From a virus, in IMG/VR virus record IMGVR_UViG_3300046779_001754, positions 1 through 64,000 of that record: a DNA stretch of 64,000 nucleotides. The stretch is one strand, 5' to 3'. The translations under genes and the position numbers were made by a program. Numbering within the stretch: position 1 is the first letter of the stretch; each line of letters begins with the position of its first letter. A model generated the notes under the pieces. The model worked only from the letters and a program-made list of their open reading frames with translations, made no database searches and was not told the origin of the DNA. Below are positions 48,462 to 59,500 of the stretch, one piece after another.

Positions 48462-49198
48462 GGTTGCCAATCTTTTGTATAGTAATGAAACGCTCCCCAC
48501 TGTGGCACGGTTTGTATCCGCAGTGGATCTGTTTCCCAGATCAACTCCTTGGTCCAATCCGCTGTGCGTATGGGAATAATATGCTGCTTCATATGCACAA
48601 TTTTAGGATAGGTGGCAAACGGCATAGTCACACGTTCGGGTCCGACAATCTGTGCAGCCATAGCATAAACAACATCTGTGCTGGGTTCATCATCAGGGAA
48701 CTTTAATAATTTACGAAACTCTGACCAATTGCCAAATATAGATCTAATCCAACGAAAAAATTCAGCGGCAGTATCACTGCGTCGCCAATAAGTCACAGCA
48801 TTGTACACATCAGGTAAATTATTCTGATCAAATAGTCGTCGATAAAATCTTACATTGCTGACGTTGTCATAGAAATCTCTACAACCTGTGCTGACAACAA
48901 CATCGCGATGCCTAAACATAGTCCACCAATGATCAATCGGTGATGCAATTAACATATCAGCTTCTAGTTTGATGGTTTCGTGATAAGGACTGAGACGATA
49001 AGCATAGTAATCCAGAGCTTGTCCTGTTTCCACAGTCTTGGGCAAGTCAGCATTGGTTAAAATAGTAATATTGACCGTGGGATGAAACTTTCTAATAGAA
49101 TCAGCTAATCGTTGGGCCAGGTCAGTGTAACAAACATCAGTGTCAAACGCTGGTATTACGTAACCTTGATTAGATGCTGGCTGCAACAATTTCTCCAA
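48458..49198 (-). CDS. putative nucleotide-diphospho-sugar transferase (GT8-like)
   Basis: SPYHETIKLEADM (DxD-like), STDVVYA, VHMK. Confidence 0.6.
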   Translation of the reverse strand: MEKLLQPASNQGYVIPAFDTDVCYTDLAQRLADSIRKFHPTVNITILTNADLPKTVETGQALDYYAYRLSPYHETIKLEADMLIASPIDHWWTMFRHRDVVVSTGCRDFYDNVSNVRFYRRLFDQNNLPDVYNAVTYWRRSDTAAEFFRWIRSIFGNWSEFRKLLKFPDDEPSTDVVYAMAAQIVGPERVTMPFATYPKIVHMKQHIIPIRTADWTKELIWETDPLRIQTVPQWGAFHYYTKDWQP

Positions 49199-49988
49199 GT
49201 TGCTGTTTATTCATAGCATGGAAGTCTAACCCTCTCCATCCAACTGACTTGGGTCGTCCAGATTTATCAATGTATTCAACTGTGTAATAGTCTTGATCAA
49301 TCTGTTGTAGTTTATCTTCAGGCATAACTGATGGCATCATACCTAGATAGTTAGAATCAGAACCACGGCTTGGGTATACTAATTTCAATGCAATACTTAA
49401 TGCAATGTCGTTACGATATGTAGGACGTTGTATTTTATAAATGTCCCTGTAGTGATCCCAATTATTTCTAATCATTTGCATAGAGTCAAAAACAAATCTT
49501 GCTTGATTGGTTCGATTGAATATCATGACTGTAGCCCATGACATTGGGTATTGATGTTCGCCAAATGTTTTTGAACTATCAAGGCGGTCTTGACTTGTTA
49601 GATCGTATGCTGTATGAAAGCACCAAAAATCTTGTCCGGGCATTAACAGCGGAGTTGACAATGAACTAGACGCTATTACATAATCAGCATCTAATACTAG
49701 AGTTCGATCCCAAGGAGTAACATTTAATGCGTTGGGTCGATTGGTATTGTACCAGTTCACTGTTTTGCCAAGATCATCAAAATACCGTTGCTCTGGATTG
49801 GGTTTATCTAAATGGATTACATGATCGAAACAGTGGTGTACAGAGTAAAGTGATGGCCCAGGATAATCAGTTACCAGTGCTACCGGTATGCACAAATGCC
49901 TGCGTATGTTTTTTGCGCTCCATGCAGCCATTCTAACATAGTCAATGTCATCGTTGTTATAGGCAAATATAAGAGCACCGGTTTTCAT
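49170..49988 (-). CDS. putative nucleotide-diphospho-sugar transferase (GT8-like)
   Basis: TPWDRTLVLDADY, RNDIALS, FHAMNK. Confidence 0.65.
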   Translation of the reverse strand: MKTGALIFAYNNDDIDYVRMAAWSAKNIRRHLCIPVALVTDYPGPSLYSVHHCFDHVIHLDKPNPEQRYFDDLGKTVNWYNTNRPNALNVTPWDRTLVLDADYVIASSSLSTPLLMPGQDFWCFHTAYDLTSQDRLDSSKTFGEHQYPMSWATVMIFNRTNQARFVFDSMQMIRNNWDHYRDIYKIQRPTYRNDIALSIALKLVYPSRGSDSNYLGMMPSVMPEDKLQQIDQDYYTVEYIDKSGRPKSVGWRGLDFHAMNKQQLGEIVAASI

Positions 49989-50296
49989 CGTTGTTGTCTC
50001 ATTTCTTCAAATTCCACAAGCCATGCATTCATTTGTTCTTGCCAACGACTAGCTGCTAGATTCCAAAGTTCCATTGTTTTTATTTTAACTGGATTCTCGT
50101 ATAAATCTAACAACACCACTTCTGCATCATCTGTAATACGACAATAACTTATAGTTGACAGTAATTCCGGGCCAGCACGCCACATGCCGCCGCGGTAGGC
50201 AAACAACATCTTGGCTTCATATTTTTCTTTGAGTAAGCGGCGAGCAGCTTCGTGGTCAAACCGAGCGCGGGCCTGCGTGATTAGATCAGAGTTCAT
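49985..50296 (-). CDS. hypothetical protein (first gene of the minus-strand modification operon)
   Basis: ATGA coupling to the next gene. Confidence 0.75.
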   Translation of the reverse strand: MNSDLITQARARFDHEAARRLLKEKYEAKMLFAYRGGMWRAGPELLSTISYCRITDDAEVVLLDLYENPVKIKTMELWNLAASRWQEQMNAWLVEFEEMRQQR

Positions 50297-50302
50297 TTGA
50301 TT

Positions 50303-50331
50303 ATTTTACAGTATTACTAGATAAAAGTAAA
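50303..50331 (-). promoter_or_regulatory. sigma70-type promoter predicting a leaderless mRNA
   Basis: Minus strand TTTACT-17-TAAAAT-6nt-ATG. Confidence 0.55.
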
Positions 50332-50352
50332 GGGCCCTAAAGCCCTTTACTT
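50321..50352 (-). terminator. terminator after the tail genes
   Basis: AAGTAAAGGGC/GCCCTTTACTT hairpin. Confidence 0.75.
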
Positions 50353-50367
50353 GACCAAAACTTTTAA

Positions 50368-51333
50368 TTAGGCTGTTGTTGCTGCTACAGTGGGAGTGCC
50401 CCAGGCTGCTGAGGTTAGATAAACGCTAGATGGTGGATAATATGTCACAACTGTAGCCGGAGCGGTACCAAATGAAATACCCGATGTTGCAGTTCCGCCC
50501 GAAACTGTGTCACCTTCGGCATTGAACCATGTAGTGGTCAAATCTAAAGTTGTAGCTGTATTACCAGTTTTTGCTTGCACTTGAATATAGTTACTGGTGT
50601 ATGGTGCAGAATCAGCAAATTGTTTGTAAATTATTTGATTTGAAGTTGTTAGCTGATACCAACCCGTTGTTGTAGTCAACGTGTTTGGAGTACCTGAACC
50701 GCCAATTTTGGTTGTACCTGTATACGCTGTGCCTGCAATAGTTTGCGCAGCATTACTAATTCGTCCCGAAATAAAGATTGCGCCGCACAGCGTTTGTGCC
50801 AAATCATTCCATTCTGGATCACCGAAGTTTCCTGTTGAACTCTTGCTAAATTGAATTTTTACAAGTCCGCCTGCGTTCCAAAAATAGCGAGCAGCAGTAG
50901 CACTAGGAAAGGTAACAGTATGAGTATAGACAATAGTTGAGTTTACACCGGTAATATTATTGGTCTGACTTGATGTGCCTGTCCATGAAGTATACTGTGT
51001 GCCTGATGCTGAAGCATTGCCTCGATATGTTGAAATGTTGGTTATATCAGTATTGACGTTAGCTAAAACTGCAATGGTATTACCAGCAACAGGAGCTGTA
51101 CGACTTGTAATCGCCACACCGGTTTGATTTGCCATTGTAGAAACTTGGTTAACCAACGTTGCCCATTGTGTAGCAGTAATAGTTGACGTTGCTGATACAG
51201 TACTTAATGCAGTTTCGCCCCAACCAAAATCACTAGAGCCCGAACCCCACACAGCATTGATATTAGCTGCGTTTGTTGAAACAAACCCATTATAATCCGT
51301 GGCTTCAATCAACCCACCTGATGAATATGTCAT
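50368..51333 (-). CDS. putative virion structural (tail-associated) protein
   Basis: Thr/Ser/Gly-rich; YFWNAGG motif; structural gene context. Confidence 0.65.
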   Translation of the reverse strand: MTYSSGGLIEATDYNGFVSTNAANINAVWGSGSSDFGWGETALSTVSATSTITATQWATLVNQVSTMANQTGVAITSRTAPVAGNTIAVLANVNTDITNISTYRGNASASGTQYTSWTGTSSQTNNITGVNSTIVYTHTVTFPSATAARYFWNAGGLVKIQFSKSSTGNFGDPEWNDLAQTLCGAIFISGRISNAAQTIAGTAYTGTTKIGGSGTPNTLTTTTGWYQLTTSNQIIYKQFADSAPYTSNYIQVQAKTGNTATTLDLTTTWFNAEGDTVSGGTATSGISFGTAPATVVTYYPPSSVYLTSAAWGTPTVAATTA

Positions 51334-51343
51334 TACTTTGTCC

Positions 51344-52747
51344 TTACTTGATTGTTACTATGGCTTCGACCATACCTTCATTTGATTCTAATTTAGACGC
51401 TAGTGCGCGACCAATAGTATTAAATGCTGTGGCTTCACCGGGGAGTGCTGCTCTAGCTAAACCATTACCGGCGCTGACTAATCTATCGCCTTTGTTAACT
51501 AAACCAACACAGCGAACTGGAACTCGCCCAGTCATTGCAACGGGTGGGTGGGTATCATCTTCGCCAGCACCACCGTTCATTAAGAAAGCTGCTCGTGTAC
51601 TTATGACCCCAAATACGTTTTCGCTCAATTCGTCAAGTGATTTAGTAATTTCTTTAACACCACCTAACTCAACAACAGTGCCTGGAGCATATTCAGTGTC
51701 AGCAGCAAAGCGTTCAGCAACGTCAGCGTAGAGTGCTGTGGTAGCTGTTGCAAACACGCGATTGAAGTAACTTGAGCTTGATCCAATATTGCCCACAGCA
51801 TTTGAGCCTGTTTTAGTGATGCTCGATACACTAACATTACTAAACACAGGAGCGGTATTACCAAAATTCACAACGCCGTTGGCACCATCAAGAGTCATAA
51901 CTGTGGTTGTAACACCACCATCGTTAACTACAAAAGCTATGTTGCCGTCTTGTGTTTGATTTTGAACAGTTACCGCAGTTCCTGAAACCGAAACTTTGAA
52001 GTCACTGTTTGTACCAACAGTGATACCATTATTACTTAAAACGCCCAGTGACACGCTCATTGTTTGTCCAGTGCCGCTATTGCGTACAAAACCTGTGCTG
52101 GTTACACCATTTAGCAACACTGCATTGGCAGCAGTACCTTGGAATAAAGGTACTTGACCACCAACAGTGCTGGCCAGTGTAATACCTGGCTTGACTGTGG
52201 TAAATCCTGGTATACCAGCTCCGGCTGGAGTAAATTCTGCGTCCTGACTAACAATACCAACAACAGTATCAGCAACAGTTATCTTGATAACAGTGTGAGT
52301 AATACCAGCTGGAGTATCTGTGATCTGCGCTGGAATGGCACCAGTAGTACCAGTACCTGCGCTACTCTGTGGTCCAACAAGAATAAATGTTGTACCGTTG
52401 TAAACGTTTAGCTGCTGGTTGATGCTATCATACCACAAGTCACCTAAAACATTGCTGGTTGGCTGTGTTGCTGATGCTGTTGCAGCTGAAATAGTTTTAA
52501 ATGTAGCACCATTGTAAACTTTGAGTAAGTTTGTGCCTTTGTCCCACCAAAGTTGCCCTGTTAAAGGATTACCTGGTGCGGTCACGCTTGCAGCGTTTTC
52601 AAGCAAATGGATAAAGTTGCCGTCTAAAAACTCGCCGTAACCAGCATAGTTTTTGCCAACTAACACCATGTTACTTTGAGTGTTGATGGTACCATCTGCA
52701 ATTGTTGCAAACGGTGTACCGTCAGTTAAGTTAATCTGATAAGCCAT
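51344..52747 (-). CDS. putative tail fibre/baseplate protein with C-terminal intramolecular-chaperone/autocleavage-like domain
   Basis: LVGKNYAGYGE, repeated GQLWWD/GDLWYD, YADVAERF...PGTVV...VAMTGRVPV...KGDRLVS. Confidence 0.7.
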   Translation of the reverse strand: MAYQINLTDGTPFATIADGTINTQSNMVLVGKNYAGYGEFLDGNFIHLLENAASVTAPGNPLTGQLWWDKGTNLLKVYNGATFKTISAATASATQPTSNVLGDLWYDSINQQLNVYNGTTFILVGPQSSAGTGTTGAIPAQITDTPAGITHTVIKITVADTVVGIVSQDAEFTPAGAGIPGFTTVKPGITLASTVGGQVPLFQGTAANAVLLNGVTSTGFVRNSGTGQTMSVSLGVLSNNGITVGTNSDFKVSVSGTAVTVQNQTQDGNIAFVVNDGGVTTTVMTLDGANGVVNFGNTAPVFSNVSVSSITKTGSNAVGNIGSSSSYFNRVFATATTALYADVAERFAADTEYAPGTVVELGGVKEITKSLDELSENVFGVISTRAAFLMNGGAGEDDTHPPVAMTGRVPVRCVGLVNKGDRLVSAGNGLARAALPGEATAFNTIGRALASKLESNEGMVEAIVTIK

Positions 52748-52794
52748 TTTCTAACCTGTCCTTGTCAGTTATTTATTGTAAAATCTACCCATAT

Positions 52795-53400
52795 TTATGC
52801 ACCATTACTTAGGTTAGTTAGGGTTTGTATGCGTAGAGTATAATCAATTTGAATCTGTCTATTAAGGCTTTTTTGCACTGGATGAAAAATAACGTGCGTA
52901 ATTAGTCTTAAATCTGTGGCAGATCCATTCCATGTTTTTAATCCCAATTCATCAAAAACATATTCGCCACTAAAATTTGTACTGTTGTCAAACGCTTGCT
53001 GGCCAGCAGGCTCGCCATAATCTAACAAACAAGTTACCAAAATATCACTATAAAACTTACCAGGGGTGTGCAACACAGACATTTTGTTATTGACTGGGTC
53101 TGAATTTTCCACACTGTTATCGTCAACTACTTTTTGATAGGTCTGGTTGTACAATGTAGCGTTTTGTCCCACAGTATTTGGTGGTAGATACGTAATAACA
53201 CCTGTGGGATCTACCGAGCTACCGCCATTACCAAAAGCCATTTGATAGATGTAACCAGTGTTTCGATCTGCTAGTGTTTGAGCCATACTCACCGAAATGT
53301 TTTCGTAGTGAATGGCGTTGTTTTTATCTACAAACATTTCCCCGTTGTTGGGGTCGTAAATCTTCAATGATCCTACGATCATAACAGGAATCTGTATCAC
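52795..53400 (-). CDS. putative structural (baseplate/tail collar) protein
   Basis: NAIHYEN, YVFDELGL, HVIFHPVQKSLNR; context. Confidence 0.6.
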   Translation of the reverse strand: MIQIPVMIVGSLKIYDPNNGEMFVDKNNAIHYENISVSMAQTLADRNTGYIYQMAFGNGGSSVDPTGVITYLPPNTVGQNATLYNQTYQKVVDDNSVENSDPVNNKMSVLHTPGKFYSDILVTCLLDYGEPAGQQAFDNSTNFSGEYVFDELGLKTWNGSATDLRLITHVIFHPVQKSLNRQIQIDYTLRIQTLTNLSNGA

Positions 53401-53543
53401 GCTCGTCCCTCCACAAAAGTTTCTTTGGTTTTTGGATCAAATATGCGCATAAACGCTTCAACATGTACAGCGCCGTTTTCGTTGGGGCGAGCATTTTTAG
53501 TTTTATCTTCCACTGCGGGTTCCGGTTTGGTTTGATTTTCCAT
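53397..53543 (-). CDS. 48-aa hypothetical protein (not in ORF track)
   Basis: MENQTKPE...RPNENGAVHVEAFMRIFDPKTKETFVEGRA; GTGA overlap; resembles the N-terminus of the next gene (KIYDPNNGEMFV). Confidence 0.7.
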   Translation of the reverse strand: MENQTKPEPAVEDKTKNARPNENGAVHVEAFMRIFDPKTKETFVEGRA

Positions 53544-53576
53544 GATATATTATTTACCTAGTATAAAATACCCCAT

Positions 53577-56500
53577 TTAAACTACTCCGCGCAAGAAGAA
53601 AGCTGCTGGATTAATTTGTTCCTGTAACGGTATGCCGTCGCTTGGAGTATTTGGTCCTGGATCGTACCATGACAAAGATCTTAGAACACCAATTGTCACA
53701 ATTACACCTTGTTTTGGTGGTTCGTAGAAAGTAATTCTAACTGGATTTGGTGAGTTTAGAATATACTGTGTTGGGGGTACTGGTATACCACCTATTAGAA
53801 CTCTAAGAGCTTCAGTATATTCGGTACTGTCAATGTCTGTAATATTAACATTTGGTGCTTCAAACACAACATTAGATCCGTTGGCAACAGTATTGGTATG
53901 AACAAATGTATCCTCGTATCCTTGCTCTAAGATACTTTCGCGTCCCATTGATATAACTTCATCGTTGACTTGATGGTCTGCTGCTGCGGTACCAGCAGTT
54001 CCGCGTAGTAGCCCCGACAACGTATTGTTTTCAATGTCACGATAACGATACATGATACGTTCGCCACCAATAGTAACAACTCCCCAGGCGTTTTGAGATA
54101 AGTTTGGTTCACCACAGGCCAGTGCATTTGCAACTTGTACAATGTCATCATCGTAGGCCAGGAATTCTCTAAGTCTAGTAGTGGTTGTTGGTAATATTCT
54201 ATAGGTTGCCTGTACACCACGCATATCCTGGAATATTCTAAATGCCATAGCTGGTGGTACCACACTACCTGTAAACAATGTTGCTACTACAACATCCAAT
54301 GGTCCAATGGTAAAATTCAAAGAAATGTACGAAGTGTAGTTAGACTCAAGGATAGTATAGTGTAATCCATTAAATAGTCTACGCCCGTTCCAGGTCACTA
54401 TCATCCTGTAAGGATTTTGGTTACCGCGGTAGAGGTCAAAATCATTGTATGATATAGTAATACCTTCGCTATAATCATAACTGCCTGGTGCTGATGGCAC
54501 TGATCCAAAGTCAAACGGGAATTCATCATACGCTTCAAAATCAACTCCGCCAACTGACACTGGTCCAACCCAAACTCGCTGAACAATATTTTGCTCGCTA
54601 GTATCATTCCAAGTTGTAACTGCAATAATGTCACCAGGTTGTAAACCAAATGACAACGATGGTCTAAAAGTGATATCGTAGTCAGTACCGTTAAATGCAA
54701 TAACATAATCTGCTCTAGTATTAACACAAACTAAAACATTGTCGTTCACTGCAGGAACATAACTTAACAGTATAGTTCTTGGGCTAAATCCATCCCATGG
54801 AACTACAACAAAATCACTTCCCAAAACCTGTGCAACGTCATTGACATAGACGTGTACTTCATTGTCGGCAATAAGACCTTGGCTAAATCCACCACGTTCA
54901 GGCATTAGGAACTCTGCACTAGAACCATCCCCACTCCATAGAATACCCTGTGATGGTCTTAGTGTGCGTCCGTTTACTTCAACCCACGCATTGTCAATGT
55001 TAGATCCCATCATACTATTGTCTAATGTGTAGGTTAGTTGAGCAGAAAATCCAGTTACTGGTGGTACAACAATATATTGTGTGACTGGTAAACTCCAAGA
55101 ATGCTGTGGAGTTTCAAAGCCCATAGCAGTCAATGTCAGAGCATCATTGCTGGTTAAAATAACGTTGAATCGTATGATTGTTGTAGCAGGACTTATGCCT
55201 TGAACGTATGTATAATCAGTACCGGCTTGCAGTAATTCACCGTTGACAAACATCACTAATTCGTAAATTTCTGCATAGGCAACATCAATTTCAACTTCAA
55301 GTCCTATGTCAGCCCCGTTGTAATTGGCCTGCAGCAATTGATTGCCGCCACCTACTTGATACACAGTGATAACAATGATGTCGTTGGGTGCAACGTTGTT
55401 GTAGACCAACACTGTTCGGTTGACCCAATCAACTGTGAAGTCAATATCAGGTATCAAATCTCTAGCTTGAGTGGCATTGCTTACTTCAACAGCACTGGGA
55501 TAAATTTCTAAGTAGTGTAACGGTCTACCAATATTACTCCAGTCAATTACAGGATTGAGCGGATTCCACTCTGCACGTAGTTGAAGTATAGTAAAGCCAA
55601 AACCAAACCCGCTCCAATCGCTGCCTGGTCGAGTATACACACGCATGTCAAGAGTATCAAATTCTTGTCCTGGTACTAGTTCCTGTGGTGCATGACTTGA
55701 ATAGGTGTCTACAAATGCACCACCGTCAACAATGACATCGCTGGCTCTAGTACCAAGATAAACGTCTAAGAAACTGCTTTCGTATTGTGCATTTAAAATT
55801 GTATCGCTGTAAGTTGGACGACCTTCAGCACCAAATTCAATGTTGTCCCAGGGAGTTACATCAAAAGGGCCATGGTCATATCCAGTGTCGTATTCAAACG
55901 GAACACCGGCAACTTGTACACCAGGGTAATCAACACCGTCAATTAACAGCGGTAATTCACGACCTGGTTGATTCACGCCAGCAACATAATAGCCCATGGT
56001 ACGGTCAACACCGCTTAGATCACCAATGGGCACTAGTACCCAATCAATAGGATCAAATGTTGGAGTGTTAACACCGGTACTGTCTGGGCTATTTGCTGCC
56101 CAAATTTTATCACCGAACCGCACTAATTGTCCGTTGTCAAATGTAATATTTGGTTCCCATTCAACAATATTGGTGTTGTACTCGCAACGGTCAAACTTAA
56201 TTGTTGTTGTAATGCTGCGAACTAGACCATTGGTCATGTAAATTGTTGCTCGAGCTCCAGTGCCATTGCCGCCAGTTATTGTAACTGTAGGAGTGGTAAT
56301 ATATCCTGCGCCAGCGTCAATCACAACAACTTCAATTACTGTGCCCGCTGAATCAATACGAGCCACTGCTGTAGCAGTACGAGCAGCATCACCAATAATA
56401 TTGACAGTTGGCACTGACGTATATCCTGATCCGCCGCTGGTAACAACAATTTGTTCTACAAACAATGTGTAGTTTTGATACCATTGATTCCAGGGCGTGG

Positions 56501-59500
56501 TTTGCCAAATTATGTTGTTGCTGAGCCTATCACTTGGTTCAGTGATTGTAGTAGCTAAAATTGGGCTCACATACTGTGGTGGTGACAATTCTGCATCGTA
56601 GTACGCTGGAACATCAAAGTCAGAAATGTCACCGGCAAAATCGTCAAAGCCGTTATATTTTAGATTGAACTCTCTAATTTGAACATGGTATGGTTTAACC
56701 TCGTTTAGATAATCCAATACAAAGTCTTGATTGTCACGACGATAAATTGGATACGGTAACAATTCTCGAATTGTGTGTTCAACATCAATTAAACTGGTCT
56801 TGAGTAACCACTGTGGTGCTAACTGTTCGGTTAAGATATAGTTAAACATCAAGGTCATCAAGGTATTACGCTCAATTAACAAATCATCAATTAATAGTTC
56901 TTCGTTAATACTTTGAATAATTTTACGAGTTTCAATTTGAGGAGTTTGATCAAAATACTGTGCATCAAACACTTCACCATCAAATCCCAATTTACCAGCA
57001 GCATAGTTCCAAATACCCGATGATATTTGAATAGTTCCGTCTTGCAAACCCACACGCTGCCATCCAGTTGAATCAAGTTGATATAATTCCCACTTGCCTT
57101 GGCTGTTACTGATTACTCGTCCCACTGTGCCCACTGGAACAACTAGTGTAATCAGCTCAGCATAGCTTGCAACTTGAACGCTCGGTGCCGTGGTACGATT
57201 AAACCCTGGAGAATACCAATCAATATAAGTCCAATACTCTTTGGTAACATAACTTTGTACTTTGATAAGAACTAAAATGTGGATGCCCAATGTATTGGCT
57301 TGTACTTCGTATATGGTCCAACGACCGTTGTTGTTACTGTCACTCAACACAAGATACTTGTATCCAACAGGCACAATGACAATATTTTGCCAGCTTAATT
57401 CTTCAAGATTGGCCACTACTTCGTTGTAGTTGCCTGCTGGTGCAGGTATTGGATCTTCACTATTAAGCAATGTCAGAGTGCGACTTTCAGCAATAGGATA
57501 TAAAGAAATAATATTGTTAGTTCTTGTAATGTAATTTTCCAATGCTGTGAAGCGGTTAGTGAACATTGACTGGCGTGGTCTAAATTGCACACCATAACGC
57601 TCGGCTGGGCTTAGATTTGGATCAGGAACTGGGCTACCTTGTGTGTCTACACCACAGAAACTATCTTGCAGTTTTCTATATAGTGTTGGAGTTAAAAAAC
57701 TTCCGGCTCGGCCCTGCGCCAAAAGTTGAAACTCAGTGTGAATATTATCATCATTTATTTGACGATCAAATTCAATGTGGACAATGGTATCATATGCGCT
57801 GAGAAAACTTTCGCAATTATATATGGCAAAACAGCTTGATGTAATTGGCGCCATAAATGGTATGCCGCTGGCAATTGGAGACTCAATATATCTCCCCACA
57901 GATTCAGCACTGAGTGTTTTATTAGCAGCAGTATTCACTGTGGTAATACCACGCACCCAGAAATAATACGACGTGATAAACGCACCCGAAGCATTTATTG
58001 AAGAACCCACTGAGTAACTCACAATTGAATATGGTGTGCCTGGGCCGGTATAATTTGCTGGTGGAACATTACTTTCAATCCACTGATAAATGTCAACACT
58101 GCTACCAGGGAACACTTGCCCCCAGCGCCGACTTGCATACACAATATCATCTTGTCCAGGTTCAACAAAACGAACAGTGGTAGTATCCCACCACATTTGT
58201 CCTACACGACTTGCACCCCAAGAATTGCCTTGATTGTTTATAGAACCGTTGTTGTATCCAGCTGGATCATATGTAGTAATATAATCAATATTTTGACGTG
58301 CTGCCCCAAGGATCTTACCTTGCAATGGATCAAAGAAATCCAAGAATGTAGTCTTGGCACTTTGCAATCTATCATAGAGCGTCACTGAGTTCAATGCATA
58401 GATGTTTACTGCTGGTTCTTCAAAGTGTTTGATGGCCCATGCTGGTGAATCATTGTAGTTCCAGAACACACTCAGTGATCCGTTATTGTTCACTGATGTA
58501 TCAAATGGTGTTCCTGGGGCACCAACAATCAGCGACGTTCCGGTATAATTGACAGATTTACCAAACAGATAATTAGACTGTGCTGCAGAATAGTATATCT
58601 GCTCTCCGTATACATAAGCACCTGGGTTTATTGATGACTCGTTGCTGGCTGGTAGATAATCATACTGATATACTACACCTGACCTTGGAATGTCATCGTA
58701 GAATCCAGTACTGCCCGCATCAAATGTTGTGTCACCGGCATCAAATGTATCTATAACATGGGGTGTACCGTATGGGGCACCAATGATTAATTCTAATCCT
58801 TTAGTGGTAATTGAACTACCAAACTGTGCTCCATCGGTGTTATATGGACTTATCAACGTTTCAATAGACTGATATGGTTCAAAACCCAATAGGTCATAAA
58901 CACTGTTGGCACCAGTACCAATGGCTCCGGGTTTTACAAATAGTTTTTGGTATGGTGTTGCTGCTTGTTTGTTGATCAAATCAATGGTTATTAATCCAGT
59001 TGATGCCGACGATGCTGCAATCACATTGGGAATACCAGCACTGTTAATTGCATCAACAAGACCACTGGGAGTGTTGTTTGGACTGACAGGCACTGCGACT
59101 TCATATCCATTGATGTTTATAGTGCAACCAGCAGTGAAAGACGACGGATGTAAGGTGCTTGAAATAGTACCATATAAACGTGCCTGATCAACTGCAATGT
59201 CTACAATACCTTGTTGCGGATTTGTCACTTGTGCGCCTGGAGCACCAACAATTGCAGCACAATCAAACAGACCATACGAAACGGCATTGCCAAAGAAACC
59301 ATTTTCACTTGCAGTGCTTGGAATAATTTTATCAGTTTGAGCAAAGATATTGGTTTCAATTGTTACAATCTCACCAAGAGTCAAAGGTTGATTAATAGTT
59401 ATGCTTGAAGCAGTCCAAGGATTACCAACATAATTCACTGTAAAAGTATTGGGGATTGATGTTCCCCATTGTGCAGTGTTGTATAGGTATTGATTGTTGA

